A stretch of DNA of 50,055 nucleotides from Verrucomicrobiota bacterium (GTDB lineage: Bacteria > Verrucomicrobiota > Verrucomicrobiia > Limisphaerales > Palsa-1400), in NCBI GenBank assembly GCA_049510745.1, contig JBEKYR010000041.1:1-50055 (forward strand). The letters are read 5' to 3'. The notes under the pieces are model-generated. The model was not told the DNA's origin. It worked only from the letters and a program-made list of their open reading frames with translations, and searched no databases. The position numbers and the translations under genes were made by a program. Below are positions 37,212-46,738 of the stretch, piece after piece; within the stretch, counting starts at the first letter, position 1; the number at the start of each line of letters is the position of its first letter.

Positions 37212-37541
37212 GTGAAACGCGTGAAGACCATTCCACCAGGAATGTTGGACAAGGCCGTGGAACGGCTGAAAGCCGAGTTTCAGCCGGAGGAAATCTATTT
37301 GTTCGGTTCTCACGCCTGGGGCACTCCGACCGACGACAGCGACGTGGATTTGATGGTCATTGTCCGCGAGAGCAGTGAGAAAGCCATCCGGCGGATGCAG
37401 CGCGCGCATCGCTGCCTGACCGGGATGGGTTTTTCCAAAGACGTGCTCGTTCCGACACGCGCCCAAGTTGACCGCTACAAGCACCTGCGCGCTTCGCTGT
37501 TTCACCAAGTTCTGGCCAAAGGCCGCAAGCTCTATGGATGA
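37212..37541 (+). CDS. Minimal nucleotidyltransferase (MNT) antitoxin-like protein
   Basis: 'IYLFGSHAWG...DSDVDLMVI'. Confidence 0.9.
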   Translation: MKRVKTIPPGMLDKAVERLKAEFQPEEIYLFGSHAWGTPTDDSDVDLMVIVRESSEKAIRRMQRAHRCLTGMGFSKDVLVPTRAQVDRYKHLRASLFHQVLAKGRKLYG

Positions 37542-37947
37542 GTCCACCAGGGAACTGGTTCGCGACTGGCTGACACGCGCGAGCCACGACTTGCGTTCTT
37601 CACGCGCATTGGCATCGCTGGACGACCCGTTGCTCGACACGGCCATTTACCACTGCCAGCAAGCCGCGGAAAAATCGGTCAAAGCGTGGCTGCAGTCCAA
37701 CGATGATCCGTTTCCCAAAACGCACGACCTCGAGGACTTGGTGGAACGGGCTTCGGGCGTCAATCCCGATTTCAGGCAATTTGCGAAGGCCGCGTCCGTC
37801 CTGACACCTTATGTTTCATCGTTTCGGTATCCAGGCGGTTTTGACGAGCCCATGCCCACGCGCGAGGAATTTGATGAGGCTCTGCAATACGCGCAGGCCA
37901 TTTACGATTTCGTGCTGAACCAACTCCCGGCAGACGCGCGACCATGA
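37534..37947 (+). CDS. HEPN domain protein
   Basis: 'YHCQQAAEKSVKA', 'KTHDL', 'RYPG'; overlaps the MNT stop. Confidence 0.92.
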   Translation: MDESTRELVRDWLTRASHDLRSSRALASLDDPLLDTAIYHCQQAAEKSVKAWLQSNDDPFPKTHDLEDLVERASGVNPDFRQFAKAASVLTPYVSSFRYPGGFDEPMPTREEFDEALQYAQAIYDFVLNQLPADARP

Positions 37948-37966
37948 TTCAAATGCCGTGGCTTTT

Positions 37967-38182
37967 TCAGCGCGAGCAGCGCGCTAGTTTTAATCCGCGC
38001 TTGAAGGCTTGATTGGCTGAAATCTCCTCACCAATAATCGCGGCATCCACGACAGCGTCAACGATGCACATTACTTTGGTAATCTGTTTGTCCGCCCCTC
38101 GAAGGTCCAGCTTGCCGATGGCGCAGTTCAAAGTGGATTGAAGAGAGCGGAGCTTTCGGGCTGGTCGTTTTTCTGTTTTCAT
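37967..38182 (-). CDS. Small hypothetical protein
   Basis: 71-aa ORF 9 bp downstream of the DUF3883 gene, same strand. Confidence 0.4.
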   Translation of the reverse strand: MKTEKRPARKLRSLQSTLNCAIGKLDLRGADKQITKVMCIVDAVVDAAIIGEEISANQAFKRGLKLARCSR

Positions 38183-38191
38183 AAAAATCTT

Positions 38192-38956
38192 TCACACACT
38201 TGCCATCCAAGAGACTTGAACCAGAACCCGCTCCTTTCTGGCGAAGCGCAGGTTCCCAGACAGCGGGTTGTTGTAGATTTCGTGAAATGGCGTTTCCTGA
38301 AAATTCTTCACCACAAAAAGAAAAAATCGGTTTGAAAACGTTGTCGCTGCGTCGTGTTCCTTCGGCGTCAGCGAAACGTTGCCGGTTTGCTCTCTGAGGC
38401 CTTTCACCTCGACAGCTAAAAAGTCCTTTGCTGTTTTTCTGCGCAATCGAAAATCATATCCGCAGCCAAGCCTCGTCGTGTTTTCCAATTCATATCCGCC
38501 GAATTCAGTCAGCTTCGGGTGGATGGATTCGAAGTATTGCTCCGCCGCAAGGCCCGTGATCAACCGCTTGGCAAAAAGCGATTCGCCGTCAGCCTCCTCG
38601 TCCTTCGCCTCGATCTGACTCACAGTGTTTTCATCAAAACCAACCAACGATTTCACCAAGCCAGTGAATGTTTCGATGTCCAAATCTTTGTATTCCTCGA
38701 AAACATTTCGGCAATACTGACGAAATAGCCGCTTGTGCCAGCCCTTTCGGCGGTTTGGAAAATAAGGGTCGAATTCGTCTCGATAATTCTTGATTGATGC
38801 CGGTTTCGAACCCAGCGCGTAGCCGATGACGTTGAACGCTTCGGTAAAACTTTCAAAGCCGAGTTTCTTCAGGGCCGCACTATCGTATTTGGAGAGAAAC
38901 AGGCCCGCGAGAATGATCTTCTCTCGCGTCGCAATTCGTTGCGGGTTCAAAAGCAT
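38192..38956 (-). CDS. DUF3883 (NO VEIN C-terminal) PD-(D/E)XK nuclease-like protein
   Basis: 'TGLAAEQYF', 'GCGYDF', 'VEVKG', 'LTPKEH'. Confidence 0.8.
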   Translation of the reverse strand: MLLNPQRIATREKIILAGLFLSKYDSAALKKLGFESFTEAFNVIGYALGSKPASIKNYRDEFDPYFPNRRKGWHKRLFRQYCRNVFEEYKDLDIETFTGLVKSLVGFDENTVSQIEAKDEEADGESLFAKRLITGLAAEQYFESIHPKLTEFGGYELENTTRLGCGYDFRLRRKTAKDFLAVEVKGLREQTGNVSLTPKEHDAATTFSNRFFLFVVKNFQETPFHEIYNNPLSGNLRFARKERVLVQVSWMASV

Positions 38957-38998
38957 ACCTGAATCACTTGTTCATCGTGCAGTTCGCATGATACCGAA

Positions 38999-39409
38999 TC
39001 ACGCCGGGAGCGCAATTTCCAAAAACGGCGCAACGAGGCGCGATTCATTTTTTAACTCGTGCTCCCAAACTCTCAAAACACGCCAGCCTGTGCGCCGCAA
39101 ACTTTGCGCCACAAACAAGTCTCTCTTCCGGTTGCGCTCGATTTTATGCCGCCAGTAGCCGCGATTCGCTCTTGGATGACGCAGGTGCTTCGGGCAGCCG
39201 TGCCAGAAACATCCATCCACAAAAATTGCGAGTCGTTCTTTGCGGAATACAAAATCCGGGCATCCAAGCAATGGAAGATGTCGTCGCCAGCCTTTGACTC
39301 CATGCCTTCGGAGAATCTTAACGAGGATCATTTCGGTGGCCTTGTTTCCTTTCGACCGAACCGCAGCCATGATTTCCGACCGTCTTTCCTTGCTGACTGA
39401 ATCTGACAT
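38999..39409 (-). CDS. vsr: Very short patch repair endonuclease
   Basis: '[11 protein letters not shown]', 'PDFVF', '[11 protein letters not shown]', '[11 protein letters not shown]'. Confidence 0.93.
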   Translation of the reverse strand: MSDSVSKERRSEIMAAVRSKGNKATEMILVKILRRHGVKGWRRHLPLLGCPDFVFRKERLAIFVDGCFWHGCPKHLRHPRANRGYWRHKIERNRKRDLFVAQSLRRTGWRVLRVWEHELKNESRLVAPFLEIALPA

Positions 39410-39472
39410 CCCGAACGATGTAACAAGGCATTCCCACCAAAACGAGCAGGAAATAAGAGCGTCCGAGCCCTC

Positions 39473-39670
39473 TCTCCAGGGCCGCCAGGTTCTGCTGCTT
39501 GAGGGCGACGGCGTAAAAGGGGTTCAGGTCGTCCAGCGTCCAGACGGCGTGGCCCAGGCCCAGGAGCCGCTCGCAGACGTGCGAGCCGATAAACCCCGCG
39601 CCGCCGGTGACCAGAAAGTTCATAACCGCACGTTAAACCGCAAATTTTAAACTTTAAACTTTAAACTTTG
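39473..39670 (-). pseudogene. 198-bp direct repeat, copy 2: truncated 5' copy (about 50 codons) of the epimerase
   Basis: Identical peptide MNFLVTGG...NLAALE, then unrelated sequence. Confidence 0.92.
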
Positions 39671-39689
39671 TCGCTACGTTCTTCCCGCC

Positions 39690-40580
39690 ATGTCAAACGA
39701 GCCGTTGCTGAAGCTGGACTTGCCCGGATTCAAAAAACTCAAATCCGGCAAGGTCCGCGAAGTCTTCGATCTGGGCGAACATCTCCTGTTCGTCGCCACC
39801 GACCGCATTTCCGCCTTTGATTGCGTCATGCCCAACGGCATCCCGCGCAAGGGCGAGGTGCTGACGCAAATTTCTTATTTCTGGTTCGACCGCACCGCGG
39901 CCACCGTTCCCAACCACCTGGTGTCCCGGCCGGACGACCCCCTGCCCGCCGGCCTGGAGAAGTTCTCCCCGCAGTTGGCCCGCCGCTGCATGGTGGTGAA
40001 AAAGACCCGGCCGCTGGCCATTGAATGCGTCGTGCGCGGCTATCTCTCCGGCTCCGGCTGGAAGGATTACCAGAAGACCGGCGCCGTTTGCGGCCTCAAA
40101 CTCCCGCCCGGTTTGCGCGATTCCTCCCGCCTGCCCGAACCGCTCTTCACCCCCGCGACCAAGGCCGAAACCGGCCACGACGAAAACATCTCCTTCGAGC
40201 AGGCCTGCCGGATCACCGGGCGCGAGAGCGCGGAGAAGGCGCGCGAGTTGAGTTTGAAAATTTATTCCGCCGCCGCCGACTACGCCCTGCAACGCGGCAT
40301 CATCATCGCCGACACCAAGTTTGAATTCGGACTGGCCGGCGGGAATTTAATTTTGATTGACGAAGTCCTCACCCCGGATTCCTCCCGCTTCTGGCCGGCG
40401 GACCAATACGAACCGGGCCGCGGCCAGCCCAGTTTCGACAAGCAATTTGTCCGCGATTACCTGGAAACACTCTCCTGGAACAAGCAGCCGCCCGCCCCGG
40501 CCCTGCCGCCGGCCGTCATCGCCCAGACCACCGGCAAGTATCTGGAGGCCTACCAGCGCCTGACCGGACGGCCCCTCTGA
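39690..40580 (+). CDS. purC: SAICAR synthase
   Basis: 'GKVREVF', 'TDRISAFD', 'ECVVRGY', 'ADTKFEFG', 'DEVLTPDSSRFW'. Confidence 0.97.
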   Translation: MSNEPLLKLDLPGFKKLKSGKVREVFDLGEHLLFVATDRISAFDCVMPNGIPRKGEVLTQISYFWFDRTAATVPNHLVSRPDDPLPAGLEKFSPQLARRCMVVKKTRPLAIECVVRGYLSGSGWKDYQKTGAVCGLKLPPGLRDSSRLPEPLFTPATKAETGHDENISFEQACRITGRESAEKARELSLKIYSAAADYALQRGIIIADTKFEFGLAGGNLILIDEVLTPDSSRFWPADQYEPGRGQPSFDKQFVRDYLETLSWNKQPPAPALPPAVIAQTTGKYLEAYQRLTGRPL

Positions 40581-40584
40581 GGCC

Positions 40585-41517
40585 ATGCGCAACCTGGTCG
40601 ATGATTTTCTGGTCTATTTGCGCCATGAACGCGGCCAGTCCGCGCAGACCCAGAAAACCTACGCCGCCCTGCTCCTGAATTTTGTCGCCTGGGCCGAGTC
40701 CCAGGGACTGACCGACTGGCGGGAGGTCAAACTCTCCCACCTCATGGCCTTCGTCGAGGCCGAACGGACGCGCGCCTTGAAAACCGAACCCGGGGATTCC
40801 GCCCGCAAGCTCAGTTCCGAAAGCCTTTATCTGCAAATCGCCGCCTTGCGCGCTTTTTACAATTTCGCCGAGGCGGAAAAGTTCCTTCCGCGCAACACGG
40901 CCGAAAACCTTTCCATGCCGCGCCGTTGGAAACGCCTGCCGAAATCCCTTTCCCACGCGGAAATCGAGAGCCTGCTCCAGCAGCAAAAGCCCGCCACGCC
41001 CTCGAACCTGTGCGACCAGGCCGTGCTCGAACTGGCCTACGCCTCCGGCCTGCGCCTGGCGGAATTGCGCGGGCTTCGCCTCGAACACCTGCATCTGGAC
41101 GCCGGTTTTATCACCGTGATCGGCAAGGGCAACAAGGAGCGGGTCGTCCCGTTGGGTCGCAAGGCCATCGCCGCCGTCCGGCACTATGCGGAGGCGGGCC
41201 GTCCGAAATTGGTCACGCCCAAATCCACCGCCCATCTGTTTCTGACCGGCCGGGGCGGTCCGTTTGCGGCGACCACGCTGTGGCTGCGCATCAAGCGCCG
41301 CGCCCGCCGGGCCGGCCTGAGCCGCAACCTCACGCCGCACATGTTGCGCCACAGCTTCGCCACCCATCTGTTGGAAAACGGCGCCGACTTGCGCGTCATC
41401 CAGGAACTGCTGGGCCACTCCAGCATCAGCACGACCGAAGTTTATACCCACGTCACTGTGCCGCGCCTGCGGGAAATCCACCGCGCCTTCCACCCCCGCC
41501 ACAAAAGGGCCGGCTGA
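40585..41517 (+). CDS. xerD: Site-specific tyrosine recombinase (XerD-like)
   Basis: 'YASGLR', 'GKGNKER', 'PHMLRHSFATHLL', 'LLGH...TTEVYTHV'; XerC versus XerD not certain. Confidence 0.8.
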   Translation: MRNLVDDFLVYLRHERGQSAQTQKTYAALLLNFVAWAESQGLTDWREVKLSHLMAFVEAERTRALKTEPGDSARKLSSESLYLQIAALRAFYNFAEAEKFLPRNTAENLSMPRRWKRLPKSLSHAEIESLLQQQKPATPSNLCDQAVLELAYASGLRLAELRGLRLEHLHLDAGFITVIGKGNKERVVPLGRKAIAAVRHYAEAGRPKLVTPKSTAHLFLTGRGGPFAATTLWLRIKRRARRAGLSRNLTPHMLRHSFATHLLENGADLRVIQELLGHSSISTTEVYTHVTVPRLREIHRAFHPRHKRAG

Positions 41518-41596
41518 CGGCGGCTCTGCTGTTCAATTGCTGATTTTCAATGTCGTTTCAGACCCGCATCAAGACGCCCGGATTTTCATCGATAAA

Positions 41597-41691
41597 CATT
41601 GAAAATCGAAAATCGAAAATTTAAAATTTGTTATTGAAGACACGAAGTCCGCAATGACCAATTTTCAATTTTCAATTGCCAATTTTCAATG
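41597..41691. repeat. AT-rich heptamer (GAAAATY/ATTTTCA) hairpin element
   Basis: cattgaaaatcgaaaatcgaaaat ... aattttcaattttcaattgccaattttcaatg; half copies near 117-144 and 41532-41552. Confidence 0.75.
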
Positions 41692-41776
41692 GTCTTTCAG
41701 AGCGGTGCGATGAAAATAGGCAGGGCCGCAACTCCGCCCACCCGAAGAATTGACCCACAGTTCCAATCGCACCCGG

Positions 41777-42265
41777 CTAACGCATGGTCGGCACCGGCAG
41801 CGTATCGCCGGTGTTGGTGGAGACCTGGTAATAATCCTCGCCCAGGCTGGCGGTGGGGTCCTGGTTGCGAAAGTGCCGGACCAGAAAATAGGTGGAGAGC
41901 ACGATCACCAGCGTGACAATCACTCCCATCGCGGGCAGGAGGATGCGGCGGCTGAATTTGGCCAGTTGGAACATGGCCGCGTCCACGACGCTTCTTTCCG
42001 GCGGAGCCAGGGTCGGATCGATCTGGCCGGCATCGGCCAGTTCGCGGCCCAGTTGTTCGAGGATTTGCGCCGCATCCAGGTGCAACAGGTTGGCGTAGGT
42101 TCGGACAAAGCCGCGGATATAAACCGGGGCGGAGAAAACGCTGTAGTTGCCCGCTTCGAGGGCGCGAATGTGGTCGCCGCGGATTTTCGTCAAATCCACG
42201 ACCTCATGGATGCCCAGTTTTTGGGCCTCGCGCGCCTGCTTCAATTGTTCACCCACAGTCGGCAC
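41777..42265 (-). CDS. RodZ-like HTH membrane protein (short form)
   Basis: 'VGEQLKQARE...TKIR...ALEAG...YIRGFVRTYA..L.LD' plus one TM helix. Confidence 0.85.
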   Translation of the reverse strand: MPTVGEQLKQAREAQKLGIHEVVDLTKIRGDHIRALEAGNYSVFSAPVYIRGFVRTYANLLHLDAAQILEQLGRELADAGQIDPTLAPPERSVVDAAMFQLAKFSRRILLPAMGVIVTLVIVLSTYFLVRHFRNQDPTASLGEDYYQVSTNTGDTLPVPTMR

Positions 42266-42483
42266 GGAGGGATTGATAGCGGTTTTTGCGGCGCCTGGCA
42301 ACCACCCAACGCACTTTTTTTTGAACGGCCGGGCCGCAACCGCCTCCCTGAAAATAGTCCAGCCATTCATGGCTGGGCTATTTTAAAAGCAAGGGCTTCT
42401 GCGCCGGTTTTGCACTCCGCATTTTGCCCTTTGCACTTTCCCCACCGCGCCTTAATTTGTCTTTCATGTTATGTTTTCGGGTG

Positions 42484-43191
42484 ATGGCCAAGTGGGCTTT
42501 TGCGCTGTGCCTGGCGTTGTGCTGGGGCGGTTGCATCCCGGCTGACACTCGTGTCGATGAGGAGAAAGACCCCCACTTCCAGCGCGGGCGCAATCTGGTC
42601 AACAGCCAGGATTTCAAGGGAGCGGTCGAGGAATTTGAAAAGGCGCTGGAAACCAATCCCCGCTCGGCTGCGGCCCATTTTGAACTGGGCTGGCTTTACG
42701 AGGACAAGGTCAACGATTACGCCGCCGCCATTTATCATTATCAACGCTTTTTGCAGTGGCGGCCCGATTCGGACCGCTCCAAAGCCATCGCCCAAGCCAT
42801 CGACGTCAAGGAGCGCATCCGGGGTTGCAAGCAGCAACTGGCCAATTCCGAGTTTCCGCTGCCCAACAGCCAGAATCTCCAGCGCGAGGTGGACCGGTTG
42901 ACGGCGGAAAACCTCCTGCTCCGGCAGCAGTTGGACGCCGCGCGCAGCCAGGCGGCGGCCCGTGCGAATCCCGCTCCGCCGCGCGTCGAACCGGTGGCTG
43001 CGCCGGCCCCGCTCGCGGTGGCCGCGCCTGGGCCTGCGGCGGCGCATCCCAAGGTCCATATCGTCAAGGAGCGGGAGACGATCAGTTCGATTGCGGCGCA
43101 GTACGGCGTCAAAACCAGCGCCATCCTGGCGGCCAACCCCCAGGTGGACCCGCGCCGCTTGCGCATCGGCCAGAGCTTGAATCTGCCCTGA
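42484..43191 (+). CDS. TPR + coiled-coil + LysM protein (possible lipoprotein)
   Basis: 'AVEEFEKALETNPRSAAAHFELG'; LysM 'HIVKERETISSIA...LRIGQSLNLP'. Confidence 0.88.
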   Translation: MAKWAFALCLALCWGGCIPADTRVDEEKDPHFQRGRNLVNSQDFKGAVEEFEKALETNPRSAAAHFELGWLYEDKVNDYAAAIYHYQRFLQWRPDSDRSKAIAQAIDVKERIRGCKQQLANSEFPLPNSQNLQREVDRLTAENLLLRQQLDAARSQAAARANPAPPRVEPVAAPAPLAVAAPGPAAAHPKVHIVKERETISSIAAQYGVKTSAILAANPQVDPRRLRIGQSLNLP

Positions 43192-43196
43192 CGGAA

Positions 43197-43310
43197 ATGC
43201 GCTCAAAAATTTGCTTTTTGGCGATCGTTTCCTTTTGGCTGGTGATGAATTATCTGCCGGACGTCTTCCCGGCCCTGACCGAAGGGCTGCGGGAAAACGC
43301 CGTCCCTTGA
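43197..43310 (+). other. 37-aa ORF, possibly a truncated membrane-protein gene
   Basis: Fills the gap between the LysM and dus genes; single hydrophobic N-terminal helix. Confidence 0.35.
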
Positions 43311-43311
43311 C

Positions 43312-44346
43312 ATGACGCCAGCCCAGACATTCGCCGCCCTGCTGGGCGGAGCGGAACCGCTGCTGGCCCTGGCCCCGATGCAAGACGTGACGGACCTGGC
43401 GTTTTGGCGGGTGCTGGCCCGCTACGGCGGCGCCGATGTTTATTGGACCGAATACTTCCGCGTCCATGCCGGCTCGCGCCCCGAGAAATGGGTTCTTGAC
43501 TCGATCCTCCAGAATCCCACCGGCCGGCCCGTCGTCGCGCAGATGATCGGCAACGACACTGCCTCCCTCGTGCGCACGGCCCGGGAATTGCAGCGCCTGC
43601 CCGTCGCCGCCATCGACCTCAATCTGGGCTGTCCCGCGCCGGTGGTGTACCGAAAATGCGCCGGCGGGGGTCTGTTGCGCGAACCGGGCAGGATCGACGC
43701 GATTCTGGGCGCGCTACGCGACGCGGTGACAATTCCCTTGACGGTCAAGACCCGGATCGGCTTCGACTCCGCCGCGATTTTCGAGGAGTTGCTGGCGCTT
43801 TTTTCCAGGCACGCCATTGATCTGCTGACGGTGCATGGCCGGACGGTGGCGCAGATGTATCGTCCCGGAGTGCGTTACGATTTGATCGCGCAAGCGGCGC
43901 GGCAACTGCGCTGCCCCGTTTTGGCCAACGGCAATGTCCATTCGCCCGGCCACGCGCTGGCCGTGCTGGCAGAAACCGGCGCCGCCGGGCTGATGATTGG
44001 CCGCGGCGCGATCCGCAATCCCTGGCTGTTCCAGCAAATCCGCCAGCTTCGGCGCGGAGAGGCAGTCCGCCTGCCCGCCGGCCGCGACGTTCTGGCCTAT
44101 ATCCACGAACTGTGGGAAGCGCAAGCGACCCCCGACGCCCGCGAGCCGGCCCAAGTCCAGCGGCTGAAAAAATTCATGAACTTCATCGGCGAAGGCGTCA
44201 TTCCGGCGGAACCGTTTCTCCATGAAATCCGGCGGGTGACAACCCGGCATGATTTTTTCCGCGCCTGCGAAAACTACCTGGGCCACGACCGTCTTATGAC
44301 CCTGGAACCGGAGGAAACCAAGCCGGCCGAAGCGGTCCATTTCTAA
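43312..44346 (+). CDS. tRNA-dihydrouridine synthase family protein
   Basis: 'LAPMQDVTD', 'IDLNLGCP', 'TVKTRIG', 'VHGRT', 'ANGNV', 'MIGRGA..NPW'. Confidence 0.93.
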   Translation: MTPAQTFAALLGGAEPLLALAPMQDVTDLAFWRVLARYGGADVYWTEYFRVHAGSRPEKWVLDSILQNPTGRPVVAQMIGNDTASLVRTARELQRLPVAAIDLNLGCPAPVVYRKCAGGGLLREPGRIDAILGALRDAVTIPLTVKTRIGFDSAAIFEELLALFSRHAIDLLTVHGRTVAQMYRPGVRYDLIAQAARQLRCPVLANGNVHSPGHALAVLAETGAAGLMIGRGAIRNPWLFQQIRQLRRGEAVRLPAGRDVLAYIHELWEAQATPDAREPAQVQRLKKFMNFIGEGVIPAEPFLHEIRRVTTRHDFFRACENYLGHDRLMTLEPEETKPAEAVHF

Positions 44347-44382
44347 GACCGGTTCCCCAATGTTTTTCCCCGGTCCGCCCTC

Positions 44383-46617
44383 TCATTTTCCTTCCACCCG
44401 CAACGCCAGTTTCGCCCGGATGTCATCCGACGCCGCCCCCACCAAAATCTCATAATCCCCCGGCTCGACCACGTATTGCTTCCTGGTTGTGTCCCAATAC
44501 CGAAATTCCTTCACCGGCACCGCGATGTCCACATGCGCCCGCTGATTGACCGCCACCGGCACGCGCTGAAATCCGCACAGCGCCCGCAGCGGCTGCGGGA
44601 CGGCCGACTTGACGTGCCGGAAATAAACCTGCACCACTTCCTCTCCGTCCCGCGCCCCGGTGTTGGCCACGTCCAGCTTGACGTGGACCGTATCATTCGT
44701 ATTGACTTGAGCCTTGTCCAGTTGCGCCGCGTCGTACGTGAACCGCGTGTAGCTCAAGCCGTGCCCGAAGGCGAACAACGGCTTGCCCTTGAAATAGCGG
44801 TAAGTGCGGTTGGCCATGGAATAATCCAGGAACGACGGCAGGTCCGTCGTCGCGCGGTAAAAGGTGACCGGGAGCCTTCCCGCCGGGTTGACGTCGCCGA
44901 AGAGAATTTCCGCGACCGCCCTGCCCCCTTCCTGGCCCGGGTACCAGGCCTGCACAATGGCTGAAAGATGCTCCGCTTCCCACGGCATGGCCATCGAGCT
45001 GCCGCTGCAATTGACAAAGACCAGAGGCTTGCCCGTCGCCCGCAACGCTTGCAGGAGTTCCGTTTGCACCGGAGGCAATTCAATGCGCGTCCGGTCCCCG
45101 TGGTCGAAGCCCTCGAAGGGCACGTTCATGAACTCCCGTTCCAATTCCGCGCAAATGCCGCCGACGTAAATAATGGCGTCCACCGATTGCGCCACTTCCA
45201 CCGCCTTGCGCCGGGCCGCCTCGTAAGCCGGCAGGTTGTCGTCCTCCACCCGCAGCGCCAGCGGACAGGCGACCATGGAAACAAAATCCACGTTCGTTCC
45301 CAGGAGGGTGGCGAGGCCCGCCGCAAACGTCACCGGATGCGACGGCTCGCCTTCGTAACTGCCCGTCAGCACGTTGGTGTAAGTGGCGTTGAAACCCAGC
45401 ACCGCGATTCTCCGAATCTTGGCGCGGTCCAGCGGCAGCACGCCGTCGTTCTTCAACAGCACCACCGACTCGCGGGCCATCCGCAGCGCCAGCGCGTCGT
45501 TGGCCGGCGTGTCGTATTCGGTCGCCGCGATTTTCGCGTAAGGCACCAGGGCCGGCGGATCAAACATCCCCAGCCGGAAGCGCGCTTCCAGCAAGCGCCC
45601 CAGCGCCGTGTCCAGCTCGCTTTCCTTGAGCAGATTGTCCGCAACCGCGTCCACCAGTTGCCGGTACTCCATGCCGCAACAAAGATCGCATCCGGTCCTG
45701 ACCGCCGTGGCCGCGCCGGCCTCGATCGTGGGCGAAAACCCGTGGCCATAGAAGAAATCAGAGATCGCCCCGCAATCCGACACCACCTGGCCCTTGAAGC
45801 CCCACTGCTGGCGCAGCAACGAGATCAGGAGCAGCGGGCTGGCGCAGCAAGGCGTGCCATAAAGCCGGTTGTAAGCGCCCATCACCGCGCCCACGCGCCC
45901 TTCCTTGACCGCCGCCTCGAATTGCGGCAGATACACCTCGTAAAAATCCCGCTCCGGCGGCTCGGAGTCGAAACTGTGCCGCTCAATTTCCGGCCCGCTA
46001 TGCACCGCAAAATGTTTGGCGCAGGCCATCGCCTTGACGTACTTCGGATCCTCTCCCTGCAATCCCCGGATGAAGGCCACCGCCATTTTCCCCGTCAGAA
46101 AAGGGTCTTCCCCGTAAGTCTCCTGTCCCCGGCCCCAGCGGGGGTCGCGAAAGATGTTGATGTTCGGGGACCAGAAGGACAGGCCCGTGTAATTGACACT
46201 GTCGCCATTGTGGGTCTCCGTATATTCGCGGTTCTTCGCCCGCGCCTCCGTCGCAATGGCATCGGCCACCGTGTGCAACAAAACCGGGTCAAAACTGGCC
46301 GCCATGCCGATGGCTTGGGGAAAAACCGTGGCGGTGCCGTTGCGCCCGACCCCGTGCAGGCATTCATTCCAATAATCATAGGCCGGCAAGCCGAGGCGTG
46401 GAATCGCGGGCGCGATATTGCAGACCTGCCGCGCCTTTTCCGGCAGGGTCATCCGTCCCACCAGATCACGCACCCGCGCCTCCAGCGGCTGGGCCGGGTC
46501 CTTCCAGAGAGGCGGCTTTTCCGCGCCAGGTTCATCCGCCGTTGCCGGCGCGACACCAGCCAGGATGGCCAGGAGCGGGGCGAAAACAAAATGGCGCAGG
46601 ACGGAGGCCATCCTCAT
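44383..46617 (-). CDS. Glycoside hydrolase family 3 (beta-xylosidase/glucosidase)
   Basis: 'WNECLHGV', 'RDPRWGRGQETYGEDP', 'KHFAVH', 'VSDCGA', C-terminal Fn3-like domain. Confidence 0.95.
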   Translation of the reverse strand: MRMASVLRHFVFAPLLAILAGVAPATADEPGAEKPPLWKDPAQPLEARVRDLVGRMTLPEKARQVCNIAPAIPRLGLPAYDYWNECLHGVGRNGTATVFPQAIGMAASFDPVLLHTVADAIATEARAKNREYTETHNGDSVNYTGLSFWSPNINIFRDPRWGRGQETYGEDPFLTGKMAVAFIRGLQGEDPKYVKAMACAKHFAVHSGPEIERHSFDSEPPERDFYEVYLPQFEAAVKEGRVGAVMGAYNRLYGTPCCASPLLLISLLRQQWGFKGQVVSDCGAISDFFYGHGFSPTIEAGAATAVRTGCDLCCGMEYRQLVDAVADNLLKESELDTALGRLLEARFRLGMFDPPALVPYAKIAATEYDTPANDALALRMARESVVLLKNDGVLPLDRAKIRRIAVLGFNATYTNVLTGSYEGEPSHPVTFAAGLATLLGTNVDFVSMVACPLALRVEDDNLPAYEAARRKAVEVAQSVDAIIYVGGICAELEREFMNVPFEGFDHGDRTRIELPPVQTELLQALRATGKPLVFVNCSGSSMAMPWEAEHLSAIVQAWYPGQEGGRAVAEILFGDVNPAGRLPVTFYRATTDLPSFLDYSMANRTYRYFKGKPLFAFGHGLSYTRFTYDAAQLDKAQVNTNDTVHVKLDVANTGARDGEEVVQVYFRHVKSAVPQPLRALCGFQRVPVAVNQRAHVDIAVPVKEFRYWDTTRKQYVVEPGDYEILVGAASDDIRAKLALRVEGK

Positions 46618-46738
46618 CCGGGCGCGTCCGGTGTGTTCATTGGACAAATTCACTCCGCCCAAGCTAGTGACTTATCCGTCCCGCCGTCAATCCGGGAAGT
46701 GATTGGCGGAACACGAGGGTGTTGATGGCAACCCCCCT

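Noticed and set aside
40585..41517. Tyrosine recombinase as the integrase of the 37-39.7 kb island
   Set aside because: It lies outside the repeats, is coupled to purC, has core-like GC and looks like housekeeping Xer.
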